From Octopus vulgaris (lineage: Eukaryota): a DNA stretch of 64,000 bases. The notes below the pieces were generated by a model. The model saw nothing but the letters and a program-made list of their open reading frames with translations, was not told the DNA's origin and ran no database searches. Numbering within the stretch: the stretch's first letter is position 1; the number at the start of each line of letters is the position of its first letter. Location: NCBI GenBank assembly GCA_951406725.2, contig OX597823.1:15562001-15626000 (forward strand), in the 5' to 3' direction. The translations under genes were made by a program, and so were the position numbers. This document shows, one piece after another, positions 38,465-50,937 of the stretch.

Positions 38465-38762
38465 GAAGCACCATCCGAATCGTGGCCGAAGCCAGTGCCA
38501 CCTCGACTGGCTTCCGTGCAGGTGGCACATAAAATGCACCAATCCGACCGTGGCCGATGCCAGCCTCGCCTGGCACCAGTGCAGGTGGCACGTAAAAAGC
38601 ACCCACTACACTCACGGAGTGGTTGGCGTTAGGAAGGGCATCCAGCTGTAGAAACATTGCCAGATAAGACCGGAGCCTGGTGCAGCCTTCTGGCTTCCCA
38701 GATCCCCGGTCGAACCGTCCAACCCATGCTAGCATGGAGAACGGACGTTAAACGATGATGAT
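38465..38762 (+). mobile_element. Family A retroposon 3' end
   Basis: Family A body ending acgttaaacgatgatgat; same subfamily as 33445. Confidence 0.88.
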
Positions 38763-38962
38763 ACGTTTGATCACAAAATATATTCATATTTGTTTATTAC
38801 ATTATCATATGACATTATTTATCCATTCTGGCTCAAGAGAGTATAAATTTTTTCATGAAAACAGTTTTGGAAAATTGTCAAATGGTTTCATAATAGCAAG
38901 TAGGAAAAATAAGATAAAAATATTTATATAAATACACATACACAAGTAGAAAGTCATACACA

Positions 38963-39128
38963 TATCATCATCATCGTTTAGCGTCCGCTTTCCATGCTAG
39001 CATGGGTTAGACAGTTCAACTGGGGTCTGGGAAGCCAGAAGGCTGCACCAGGCCCAGTCTGATCTGGCAATGTTTCTATAGCTGGATGCCCTTCCTGATG
39101 CCAACCACTTCGTGAGTGTAGTGGGTAC
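38963..39128 (-). mobile_element. Family A retroposon 3' end
   Basis: (CAT)n tail and body; inverted relative to the 38465 copy. Confidence 0.85.
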
Positions 39129-40913
39129 ACATAAATACAGAACAGCAATCAACATACTTAAATATGATCCTTCTCTATTAACCTCAATTGCATGATATCT
39201 CAGAGAAGTTACCACTAATGTTTTCCAGGTCTCTATGATTAACCTGTATTATTCTACCACAGCTCTCTTGTTCTACTCTAATACATAATAGCAGTTACAG
39301 AATCAGTACGTAAAGTTACTTTTGACTTGTAATTGTCTCTTTATGATATGAGTCTGAACCCCAATGAGATCAATTTTGCATTTTATCCTTTCAGGATTGG
39401 AAAAATACATACATAATCAAAACCAGAGCCTAGATCTATAAGAAGATGTACTGAAACAGGGATCGAACATTCTCAAATACTTTGATATGTTTCACATCAA
39501 CCTCATCAGTATCAGAGCCTGCAAAGGCCATCAGCACAAGTCCTTCCTTGTATAAAATCCATTAAAAAGCTTTTAAAAATAAATAAAAAAAGATGATAAA
39601 ATTGTCTTACACAGAAACAAGAAAGTGTCATTATATAAAATTTGAAATCATGACCCATCAACTCAGTCATTTCACATCCAGGAATTTAGATAAAATTATA
39701 AAACAGAATAAGGAAAGATCTGACTTGAAAAATACAGCTATTGAAAATATCACTGTTATCAAGGGTCAACTTCATCAGAGACTGTGTAGCTACTACTTCA
39801 CTAGATAACGATAACAAATTCTTTGTAGCATAATATAAAATTATTTGCTGAGGCACTACAGATACCATTTTGTTTCAGAGAATATCAATAACTGCCTGCT
39901 TACAGACTGAACATTTTACATAAAGTAGATATCAATTCAGTTTTATTACTCCATATGGCATGATGTGAAATGAAATCTTCAATCTGAAATAGTCAAATTA
40001 ACTAAACAAGCAGTTTCAGATAATAAAACAATAAAAAGAGCAAAGCAATTTTTTTTTTTTTAATTCCATATTAGCTTCAGTTGAAGCTATGTAAGTAAAT
40101 ATTTTGGTGATTCCAATGTATAAAACGTATATTAAGGTAGGTTAAGCTATGTGAAGCTACATATCTTGCCAGCTATATTACTGAAAGGAGTTGAATGCAG
40201 TACTGCAAGGTCAGCTAGGTGGAATCCCATCTCTTGCCAGCTGTATTGTTGAGCGGAGTTGAATGCAGTACTACAACCTTTGAAAACATTTGGCACATGT
40301 ACAGTTGTTCTACCACAGCTTACAGCAGAGAGTTGAACCTATTTGCCGTTAATTGAGAATTAACAGTCACAGTTCAGTGGCACAAAGAGATTCATAACAA
40401 TAGAATGCTTTACTCTTCACTATGCACTTGCATCCATCACACATTCAAATAGGTGAAAAATATCTAAAATGTGATGCAGATTGATGACAGTACGTGCTAC
40501 TGTTGTTTGATCAGACCTCTTGTAATTGAATGTTTAAGAACCACTCATGTTCAATGCCGGATGCCAGATGCCAGGCTCCAGTTTGGTCTAAGACAATGCT
40601 TATCATTGTCAGGCAGTTTGTTTATTCGTTATGTGTCCCTCTTTATGTTTGATTCAACACTGTTCACTGATCCTTCTCAGCATGCAAGCTATTTACAACA
40701 ACTATTAGTACAACAGGCTCAGTTGATACAAGGTATCTGATTCATTGTGATTATTATTCTAAATGACTGGGCTGAGAGGAACATTGATGAAGCAGCTATA
40801 TTATTAGTGTGCATGTGTGTTTTGTGCTTGCTTCAAGTATGACAAACAGTAGACTTAGTATAGTAATATAGTACTGTTCTGGAATGTTGTAAATATTGTT
40901 TCAAATCAGTTAG

Positions 40914-41208
40914 TATCATCATCATCGTTTAACCTCCGTTTTCCGCGCCAGCACGGGTTGGACGGTTCGACCGGGGTCTGGGAAGCCAGGGGCTGCACCA
41001 GGCTCCAGTCTGATCTGGCAGTGTTTCTACAGCTGGATGCCCTTCCTAATGCCAACCACTCCGCGAGTGTAGTGGGTACTTTTTACGTACCACCTGCACA
41101 GGTGCCAGGGGGGTCCGGCATCGGCCACGATCGGTTGGAGCTTTTAATGTGCCACCGGCACGGAAGCCAGTTAAGGCTTCCTTCCGTGCCAGTGGCACGT
41201 TAAAAGCT
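40914..41208 (-). mobile_element. Family A retroposon 3' end with a fold-back 5' junction
   Basis: Family A body; 41139-41208 is an inverted repeat. Confidence 0.85.
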
Positions 41209-41703
41209 AAAGGAAAACATTTGCTTTTTTCTTTGTTGGGAATCAATACATGTGGTGTTGTCCATCATAAGAAGCTGAACTGTTTTAATTAGTTTGCAGT
41301 TTGTTAGAGTTTGTCAACAAGCTCCTTTCCACACACACACACACACACACACAGAGTTTGTAAAATAGTGTTAGGTTTCCATCACCTTTTTTTTTCAATC
41401 AGTACTCATTCATTGTTTTCTTCACTCTGATTATTATCCTGAGTGAGCTGCATGAAAGACATTTTCCAATAGTATTTGATGTGATGAATAGACATCTAAA
41501 CTTTTTAAGTGCAGGACGTGAAAGCTAATACATGGTAAAGAATGAAGCTATATAGTCCAGTTTGTGAGCACTGTCATAGTTATGACCAACTTTTGTGGAG
41601 CCAGAATTCTAGTCTGAGCATGTATGGTTGATGCTGAAGACACTTAAATGTAGTGTGATGTGAAAAGATTTGATTGCTATGTTACCAATATTACACATAC
41701 AGA

Positions 41704-41935
41704 AGGCAGCGAGCTGGCAGAATCGTTAGCATGCCGGGCGAAATGCATAGCCATATTTTGTCTGCTGTTACGTTCTGGGTTCAAATTCCGCCGAGGTCGA
41801 CTTTGCCTTTCATCCTTTCGGGGTCGATAAATTAAGTACCAGTTACGCACTGGGGTCGATGTAATCGACTTAATCCGTTTGTCAGTCCTTGTTTGTCCCC
41901 TCTGTGTTTAGCCCCTTGTGGGTAGTAAAGAAATA
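41704..41935 (+). mobile_element. SINE family B, full length
   Basis: 17-bp TSD aatattacacatacaga at 41687-41703 and 41936-41952. Confidence 0.92.
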
Positions 41936-42754
41936 AATATTACACATACAGATTGTTTTTATAGTTACTTAAATTTATAAAATGTAATAGTTAACCTAAA
42001 ACAATACTGATTTCTCTTAACTAAACACAAAGCTAACATTTCAGCAATTTCATATTAATTTCTTGTACTGGGACACTATTACAACTATATATGTATAAAG
42101 TCAAGTGAAATTGTACCCAGTACAAACCAAACATTTTTTCTTAACTTTTATGGAATTTCAACTCCTAATACAAAAACAAAACAGAATACTAACAGTCAAG
42201 TTTCCCACTGCTTCTGTCAATTCATTGACAATATCTGAGAGAAATTTTGAGAATGGATTGATTCAGTCATTTTTTTCCTTACAACTACTATATTACAATC
42301 ACTATCATCTCACATTTTTCCAACTCACTAAAATTTTCATTTATTACTAAAATCTACTACAAAGTTTTAATCATGTTATTGAGCGTATATTTTACATAAA
42401 ATCATACAAATGATATTTTTTTTCTAGTGAATCAAAATCAACCTGTTCACAGGCGAGAGATTCATTGTAACAAGCATTTAATCTAACTATAAATAGTACT
42501 TGTACAGATTGGCTATGAGTAACGACCTCCCAAACTAGTATTAAGAGAACTTAGTTGACAACTACTGTCAAACAGAAAAGTTTAGCCATGACCGAGAAAA
42601 GACTAAATATAAGGTTATACAAACTCTTTACACACCAAACTGCTTCCAGGTTTACCATTGTCACACTGAATTAACTTGGCTGAATCTATACACTGTCACA
42701 CTGAATTAACAACCTACCTGACATTATCCTCTGTTACACTGTATTAACATCATA

Positions 42755-43145
42755 TGTGGAGGCGCAATGGCCCAGTGGTTAGGGCAGCGGACTCGCGGTC
42801 ATAGGATCGCGGTTTCGATTCCCAGACCAGGCATTGTGAGTGTTTATTGAGCGAAAACACCTAAAAAGCTCCACGAGGCTCCGGCAGGGGATGGTGGTGA
42901 TCCCTGATGTGCTCTTTCACCACAACTTTCTCTCACTCTTACTTCCTGTTTCTGTTGTACCTGTATTTCAAGGGGCCGGCCTTGTCACTCTCTGTGTCAC
43001 GCTGAATACCCCTGAGAACTACGTTAAGGGTACACGTGCCTGTGGAGTGCTCAGCCACTTACACGTTAATTTCACGAGCAGGCTGTTCTGTTGATTCGGA
43101 TCAACCGGAACCCTCATCGTCGTAACCGACGGAGTGCTTCCGTCC
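42755..43145 (+). mobile_element. tRNA-derived SINE, family D
   Basis: tRNA-like head ggcgcaatggcccagtggttagggcagcggactcgcggtc...ggtttcgattccc; 12-bp TSD attaacatcata at 42743-42754 and 43146-43157. Confidence 0.88.
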
Positions 43146-43443
43146 ATTAACATCATAACTGATACTGTCCATTGTTGCACTGTGTTAACTAGTTTGGGGC
43201 TGCCCACCCTCACATGTTACTTGCCCTGCTATTAAAAATATGGTCCGTAACTATTTAAACACATAATATACCGACCGGGCTTATTTGGTTCTTAATTTAC
43301 GTGTCACAAGGTGGAATATATCATTACATTATTTTGAAAACTGATTGAAACATGGGCCAAAGTTTCATTGTCTAAAGATATGGAGAGCAAAGATGGCAAA
43401 TTAATGGAATATCAGGCCAATCAGCCAAAAATATTAACAAGTA

Positions 43444-43858
43444 GGCACAGGAGTGGCTGTGTGGTAAGTAGCTTGCTAACCAACCACATGGTTCTGGGTT
43501 CAGTCCCACTGCGTGGCATTTTGGGCAAGTGTCTTCTGCTATAGCCCCGGGCCAACCAATGCCTTGTGAGTGGATTTGGTAGGTGGAAACTGAAAGAAGC
43601 CTGTCGTATATATGTATATATATATATGTATGTGTGTGTGTGTGTGTTTGTGTGTCTGTGTTTGTCCCCCTAGCATTGGTTGACAAACCGATGCTGGTGT
43701 GTTTACGTCCCCGTCACTTAGCGGTTGGGCAAAAGAGACCGATAGAATAAGTACTGGGCTTACAAAGAATAAGTCCCGGGGTCGATTTGCTCGACTAAAG
43801 GCGGTGCTCCAGCATGGCCGCAGTCAAATGACTGAAACAAGTTAAAGAGTAAAGAGTA
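43444..43858 (+). mobile_element. SINE family C, full length
   Basis: Matches the 29482 copy end to end. Confidence 0.92.
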
Positions 43859-44164
43859 AGTATTTCATTATCTTCTAGTGGTAAGTTCAACTCTTCAGGA
43901 GAGAATACCATGGACATGGATGGACACCAACAGGAAAATTTCACTGAACACATGCTAAATGAAGATGAAATCTGCTGCATTTAACCTGTACTACAATACA
44001 AAACATCACTGATTATTCAATTAGGGTAAATCAAAACAGATAATTTTTAACAATTACAACTGTTGCAAGTAACTAAACAAAACATTTACAAGCAAAAAAT
44101 AGTTTGTTTGTTTTTTTAATCCAAGTATATATAATTTCCCACAAAAATGTATTTATATTATTTA

Positions 44165-44573
44165 TACTCTTTTACTCTTTTACTTGTTTCAGTCATTTGA
44201 CTGCGGCCATGCTGGAGCACCGCCTTTAATCGAGCAACTCGACCCCGGGACTTATTCTTTTGTAAGCCCAGTACTTATTCTATCGTTCTCTTTTGCCGAA
44301 CCGCTAAGTAACGGGGACATAAACACACCAGCATCGGTTGTCAAGCAATGCGAGGGGGGACAAACACAGACACACAAACACACACATGCATAGATATATA
44401 TATATATACATATATACGACGGGCTTCTTTTCAGTTTCCGTCTACCAAATCCACTCACAAGGCTTTGGTCGGCCCGAGGTTACAGTAGAAGACACTTGCC
44501 CAAGGTGCCACACAGTGGGACTGAACCCGGAACCATGTGGTTGGTAAACAAGCTACTTACCACACAGCCACTC
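44165..44573 (-). mobile_element. SINE family C, near full length
   Basis: Reverse complement of family C, including the tactctt tail. Confidence 0.92.
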
Positions 44574-45422
44574 TTTTTTGTCTCTTTCATAATTTAGTCA
44601 TAACGGAAGCAGTATTCATGACCTTTCCAAAGAATCCAAGACTAATGGAAGGGAGGCAGGCAGGTATCCTTCAACTAAAGTCTTGGTCCAAATACTTGCA
44701 TCAGAGCCCACTAAGGATACCCACTGACCAGATGATGGTTTTCAATTGAGTGAAAGATTAAGTCTACCATCCAAGTAATCCATAAGATTTGAACACAAAA
44801 TGCAAAAAGCCAGAACAGATATAGCAAAGTATCCAACTCAACACTCTAGGAATTTCTTCCAACACTAACTCTTCTGCCAATTCACCACAAATATCTCTTA
44901 AGCGGTTATTTTACTCATAAAAGAGTTAAAAGCGATTTTAAATTTCTTTTCTTTGAGATTTACTGTCTTTCTATCTTTAAAATTTACTACATTAATTTGT
45001 AAGTGAGTCTTCAGTTTTTAATTAGAAATCATTTCAAAAGAAAATTTTCTAACAATTACCCACTGGCCTTTCCAACTTCACAAAACTATGTATGTATGCA
45101 CATGTATGAGAGAAAGCATATGTGTGAGAAAGACTATGTATATCTATGTTATAAATGGTGTAGTTAATCTATTCCTTTGATATCTTTCAGTATGTCCATG
45201 CACATACACACACCTACATTCACAAACTTCACTTTTTTAAATGTTAAATTATCTTAGATTTATAGTTTTTTTTAATGTGCAATACATTAAATATACTTTT
45301 ATTCACTTAACTAATATTTATTATACAGATGATAGGCGTCTCAGAATTATCTAATTTTTAGACTGAGAAAGTATTAAGTTTTTAGCTTAACAATTTCATT
45401 TAAGTTTAAAATATTCTTTTTA

Positions 45423-45737
45423 GTGTGAAGGTGCATGGCCCAGTGGTTAGAGTGTTGAGCTTACGATCGTGAGGTTGTGAGTTTGAATCCCAGACCGGGC
45501 TGCATGTTGTGTTCTTGAGCAATACACTTTATTTCATGTTGTTCCAGTTAACTCAGCTGTAGAAATGAGTTGCGACGCCACAGGTGCTAAGCTATATCAG
45601 CTGTTGCCTTTCCCTTGGATAAGACTGGTGGCGTGGAGAGGGGAGGCCGGTATGCATGGGCGACTGCTGGTCTTCCATAAACAACCTTGCCCGGGCTTGT
45701 TCCTGGGAGGGTAACTTTCTACGTGCAAGGGGTCTCA
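45423..45737 (+). mobile_element. tRNA-derived CORE-like SINE, family E
   Basis: tggcccagtggttaga (A box), gagtttgaatccc (B box), then gtgttcttgagcaatacacttt...cagctgtagaaatg; approximate TSD attctttt(t)ag. Confidence 0.8.
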
Positions 45738-46481
45738 ATTCTTTTTAGATAAATTTCAACATACAAGCAGGCACAGCTGTTTAGTTAAGAAGCTTGCTTT
45801 GCAACCACATGGCTAACTGAGTGGTTCAGCAAAGAAGACAAACAAAGTAAGTAGAAAACTTAAAAATAAGACTGTGGTCAATTTGTTCACCTAAAACCTT
45901 CAAGGCGGTGCCCCAGCATGGCTACAGTCCAATGACTAAAACAATTAGAAAAACAAAATGAGAAGTGAATTTCAACCAAAACACACAGACAGAGCACAGA
46001 TGTTTAGCTAAACAGTGCAACAGCTAATTCCTTGTGAACGAATCAGAGATTGATTTTACTTACAATACCGATACTATTGAAGATCTCCATGATATGATTT
46101 CATGCCTCTTCTCTTCACCTTTAGGATTTATCAGATACAGTAGAAAAGAAACCACGCTATGATACATACTTTGTCACATGGATTAAGATATCATTATCAT
46201 CATCATTTAGAATCCTTCTTCCATGCTGGTGTGTGTTGGACAAAGGCATGTTGGCCATAGTTAGAACACTAGCCGAAGTTACACTTCAGACATCTATTGG
46301 ATATTTTGGTTTTTCTTACTGTTCTAAAGTGTTTGGTCTGCTAACTCAGTAATTCAGTTCCAATCATGTTGTCGAGTCCACAGGGTTATAGAGCTACTAT
46401 AATAACCAACTATTGCACTGGCTTTTAAGCTTGTCATTTCTCTTTGTCACACACACACACACATACATATATGTGCATGCA

Positions 46482-46716
46482 GGCAGCGAGCTGGCAGAAA
46501 CGTTAGCACGCCGGGCGAAATGCTTAGCAGTATTTCGTCTGCGTTACGTTGTGAGTTCAAATTCCGCCGAGGTCGACTTTGCCTTTCATCCTTTCGGGAT
46601 CGATAAATTAAGTACCAGTTACGAACTGGGGTCGAATTAATCGACTTAATACCTATGTCTGTCCTTGTTTGTCCCCTCTGTGTTTAGCCCCTTGTGGGTA
46701 ATAAAGAAATAGGTAT
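46482..46716 (+). mobile_element. SINE family B, full length
   Basis: Matches the 41704 copy. Confidence 0.9.
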
Positions 46717-47115
46717 GGCTAAGTGAAGGTGCTTCCAAATCATGTGATCTCAGGTTCAGTCCTACTGTACCTAGGGCAACGTATATGTCTTCCACTATAA
46801 CCCCAGGCTGACCAAAGACTTATGAGTGGATTTGGCAGACAGAAACTGAATGAAGCTGTTGTGTGTGAGTGTGATGCGTATGTGTGTGTGTCTGTCTGTC
46901 TGTCTGTCTGTGTGTGTGTGTGTGTGTGTACCCTTGTCTGAATATCATGTGAAAATTGTAAATGGGTATCACTGTCATACAAACAACGTTGTTCATTTAC
47001 ACTCTTTGGTGAGAAACAGCAGGCTATGAGAAATATTACCTTGCTTGGAAACAGGTAGGTGGAGTACACAATTGGTAGGGCATCTAGCCATTGGAAAGGT
47101 AAATATTAAATGATG

Positions 47116-47173
<58 letters not shown>

Positions 47174-47182
47174 TGTGTGTAT

Positions 47183-47570
47183 CTCAAAAAATACCGCATA
47201 TAGTGCAACAGTAACCACAAACATGACACCAAATGCAATATCCACATACATAGGATCTATAGCAAACCAGTTTAAGACATGATACAACCAACACACACAC
47301 ACTTTTACAGCTCAAACGAGAAAAATTATACATCACTATCCAAATACATATAGCAATTAAAATCAAAGAACACTCCATTAGCATCACTCTCACATGCACA
47401 ATCATACCAAGAATATAACAAACCCTACCAACTTTGTACAAATGAATCCTACCACATTCTAACATTCATGGACCAAATCCTGGACCAAAACTCCAAACTA
47501 ATCTCTTCATGCAAACACAAAATCTTAAAAACACTAAAACACTTCAAACCAATAACCTTTTCTGACAGCT
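47183..47570 (+). mobile_element. Penelope-like element fossil (GIY-YIG endonuclease C-terminus)
   Basis: KNTAYSATV...STYIGSIANQFKT*YNQH/NYTSLSKYI*QLK...QLCTNESYHIL...DQNSKLISSCKHK follows the PLE pattern VY.A.V..YIG...FK.RY..H..T.LSK.IW.LK..C.LC..E..LN..SELIS.CRH; two stops and a frameshift. Confidence 0.75.
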
Positions 47571-47838
47571 AAACTTGTTAGTATCTCACCAACTCCCCTC
47601 CATCTACCTACACCATGAACCAATCACATTTATAAAAAGAAAGAAACAGTACTCTATAAATTATCTAAAATGTCTCCCTATCTCCAACTAAAATCCCTAC
47701 AAAAGATTTTCTAATACAACTACACAAACCTACATACACACACTTAAAATGTCTGTTTGTATGCAAGCAAACTGAAAGGATTCTTTCCTTTACCTTTTTA
47801 AATTAAATTATACTCTATATCATTCCCATTTTTATACA

Positions 47839-47885
<47 letters not shown>

Positions 47886-48115
47886 CAGCATACTGGGAGA
47901 AAGGAAAGAAACAACGCGAGGGCGCTCAGTCATACAATAGTGTAATAAATAAAATATATGCATACATACATACATATATGTACATACCTACATCTACATG
48001 TATATATACATGCATATATAAATATATATACGTGAGTACAGGACACCACAAATAGACGTAGAACTCAACGAGAAACGAAAACATAAAAACAAGGGAATGG
48101 ACTTTTTTTAACATA

Positions 48116-48167
<52 letters not shown>

Positions 48168-48896
48168 CTTCTATATCAGCCTCACTTCAGCATATATCTA
48201 GAACAGAATTTGAAGATATTTTATAAATACCAAACTCTACCTCCACAAGACAAGATATTTAAAATCCTTATATATTAATCAAATTGCTTAGAGAGCAATG
48301 AACACTCAGAGAGAAACATAGACATGCAACCTTAAACTCAAGCAACTTTATTAACAAAACTATGACACACCTTTATTAACAAAACTATGAAAACAAGAAA
48401 TACTCTAAATAACAAGAAATGACAGCTTAAACTTACTGCCTAGCTGCATTCTTTTGTGGAAAAGAAGTTAATACACCCAATTACTAATGATTTAAATACT
48501 AGAGTTTACACCTTTGGCCTTTACACTGTCAAAGCAGAAAGATGAAGTCCAATTATACCAAAAGTAACAAAAATACTGTCACACCTTGTGCCTACCAAAT
48601 AAAAAAAGCACCTATAAATCTTATCCAAAACATATTTCTATAACAACCAACTATAAAAACCTAATTATCACCTCACTCAAATCCACATACTCAGAGGTGA
48701 TTTTAACTCAACAAAGACTATATAAAGGTAAGACTAACTCTAATGCATTGCAGTCCGGCAACGGCTCAGCAGGCCAAAACTTCGAAGATTAAGAATAATA
48801 AATTTGTACTCTACAAAAGTATAGAATAACCCATCAGATTAATGTAAATTTTTTTTTATTATAACTGAACATAAAATAAAAAATATATATATACAC

Positions 48897-49256
48897 AGAA
48901 CCATCCAAACGTGGCCATTGAAAGCGCCGCCCCGACTGGCCTCCGTGCCGGTGGCACGTAAAAAGCACCATCCGTTCGTGGCCGTTGCCAGCCTTGCCTG
49001 GCCCCCATGCTGGTGGCACGTAAAAAGCACCACCCGATCGTGGCCGTTTGCCATACTCGCCTGGCACCTGTGCCGGTGGCACGTAAAAAGCACCCACTAC
49101 ACTCACAGAATGGTTGGCGTTAGGAAGGGCATCCAGCCGTAGAAACATTGCCAGATCAGACTGGGCCTGGTGCAGCCTTCTGGCTTCCCAGACCCCAGTT
49201 GAACCGTCCAACCCATGCTAGCATGGAGAACGGACGTTAAACGATGATGATGATGA
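48897..49256 (+). mobile_element. Family A retroposon 3' end
   Basis: Three internal modules and a (GAT)n tail. Confidence 0.88.
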
Positions 49257-49978
49257 TATATATATATATATATATATATGACTGCTTTTTATCTCTCCCA
49301 AAATCCTGCAACAAACATTATTTGCAGGCCTTCATTTCAATGCCATCAATCATAAGCCACTCTTTCTTTTAATGTTTCAATAATACATCATGACCCAGCA
49401 TATTAACCACACCAATTTTACAACATGTCTTTCTCTTTAATAACCACAGACTACAACCTATGAACTCTTCCTCTTATGTAGACAATAACAGGAAGCATGC
49501 TCATAGATAATTGATATTTTCTTTTTTCTTAGTTTCAGTAATACCAGCTTGTAACATTGAAACTGTTACAAATCTCCAAAACATTTCACAAGTTTTTCAA
49601 TTAATTTTGGTAATTGCATTTTGAAATGTAATGAAAAAATAAGTAACCTACAGCTGTGAAATAAAATGAAGATTGTCCAGAGCTCCACAACATTGGAAAG
49701 TATTGCAACTGAATTTCAGATAACTATTGTAATATTACACTGAAATTCTTCGGATAAGTGGGAGAAAATACAATGCTAGTGAAAAGCCAGAATAACATTT
49801 CAATACAGAGTTGTCAGGCTGATTAAAATGAGTTAATTTATTTCACTTAAATACCTGTCTTTTGTTTTGGGGATTTTCAAATCAATCCCAATACCAAATT
49901 TATTGAGACTGGTGGTGGGGTGAGATTAAATTGGTACCAACAGCAGTTCAGCAGATTAATCAGTGTAGATTACTTTAA

Positions 49979-50194
49979 CCCTTTAGCATTCAGATGATTC
50001 TGTCGAATCTATGCAAATGCTTATTTATTCACATTGTTTTGAACTAATTGTGCATCATCTTGCAGCTTTGAGATTTTCATGACGTGATTGCTGATTTTTA
50101 AAGAGACATTGTAGGATGGGTGTGAGAGGCTGCATCTGGATGGTTTGAACATAAAACAAGTAGAATATCTATGGGTGGTTTGGATGTTAGAGGG
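49979..50194. mobile_element. MITE family M2, diverged, reverse orientation
   Basis: ttaa-ccctttagcattcaga ... tagagggtt. Confidence 0.7.
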
Positions 50195-50723
50195 TTGAGC
50201 GCATTAGTGTAACTCAAAATAGCCCCCTACCTCTAAATAACCAAAAACAGTTTTTGAGAGAACATCATAATCTTTGTTCTGTATAATAATCATTCTTTTT
50301 CCACTAAGAATTGTGCTTCTCTGTAATTCTTTCTATATGTATATCACACCATCACTTACCATAAAGTACTAACCAAATATTAACTGTACTAACTTCACCC
50401 AATAATCACTTTCCCACCAAAGCTAAAACACTGCCCATTCTCCTCAGATATATGGAAATATATAAACAAATGTACATCTATATTTGTATGCTAACATGAA
50501 AAAGGACATTAATTATTTAAACATTCACTCAACCAGCTTAATGAATGCTTTCCATACTTTTTAGTGCAAAAACAAAACAGAATAAAGAAATAACCACCCC
50601 AACACTTAAGCCAGAATTACATGGATCTGCAATAGACACATTACCTTGAGTATTCATCATCTCTTCTGTGAAGCCTAATGTCCTGAGATCTATTACATCT
50701 ATCCCCACTTATTCAGAAGGTTT

Positions 50724-50937
50724 CAGAAATGTTAGCACGCCGGGCGAAATGCGTAGCCGTATTTCATCTGCCGTTACGTTCTGAGTTCAAATTCCGCCAA
50801 GGTTAACTTTACCTTTCATCCTTTCGATTAAATAAGTACCAGTTACGCACCGGGGTCGAAATAATCGACTTAATCCGTTCGTCTATCCTTGTTTGTCCTC
50901 TCTGTGCTTAGCCCCTTGTGGGTAGTAAAGAAATAGG
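50724..50937 (+). mobile_element. SINE family B, slightly 5'-truncated
   Basis: Family B body and tail. Confidence 0.88.

Noticed and set aside
40471-40740. 89-aa ORF ending LQQLLVQQAQLIQ, possibly a gypsy gag start
   Set aside because: No LTR, PBS or downstream gag-pol recognised.
42758-42835. tRNA-like sequence (also 45428-45500)
   Set aside because: No complete acceptor stem or Pol III terminator; it continues into a SINE body bounded by TSDs.
47279-47282. In-frame TGA in the Penelope GIY-YIG domain as possible selenocysteine
   Set aside because: It falls at the conserved Arg of FK.RY (CGA to TGA decay), and the fragment has another stop and a frameshift.
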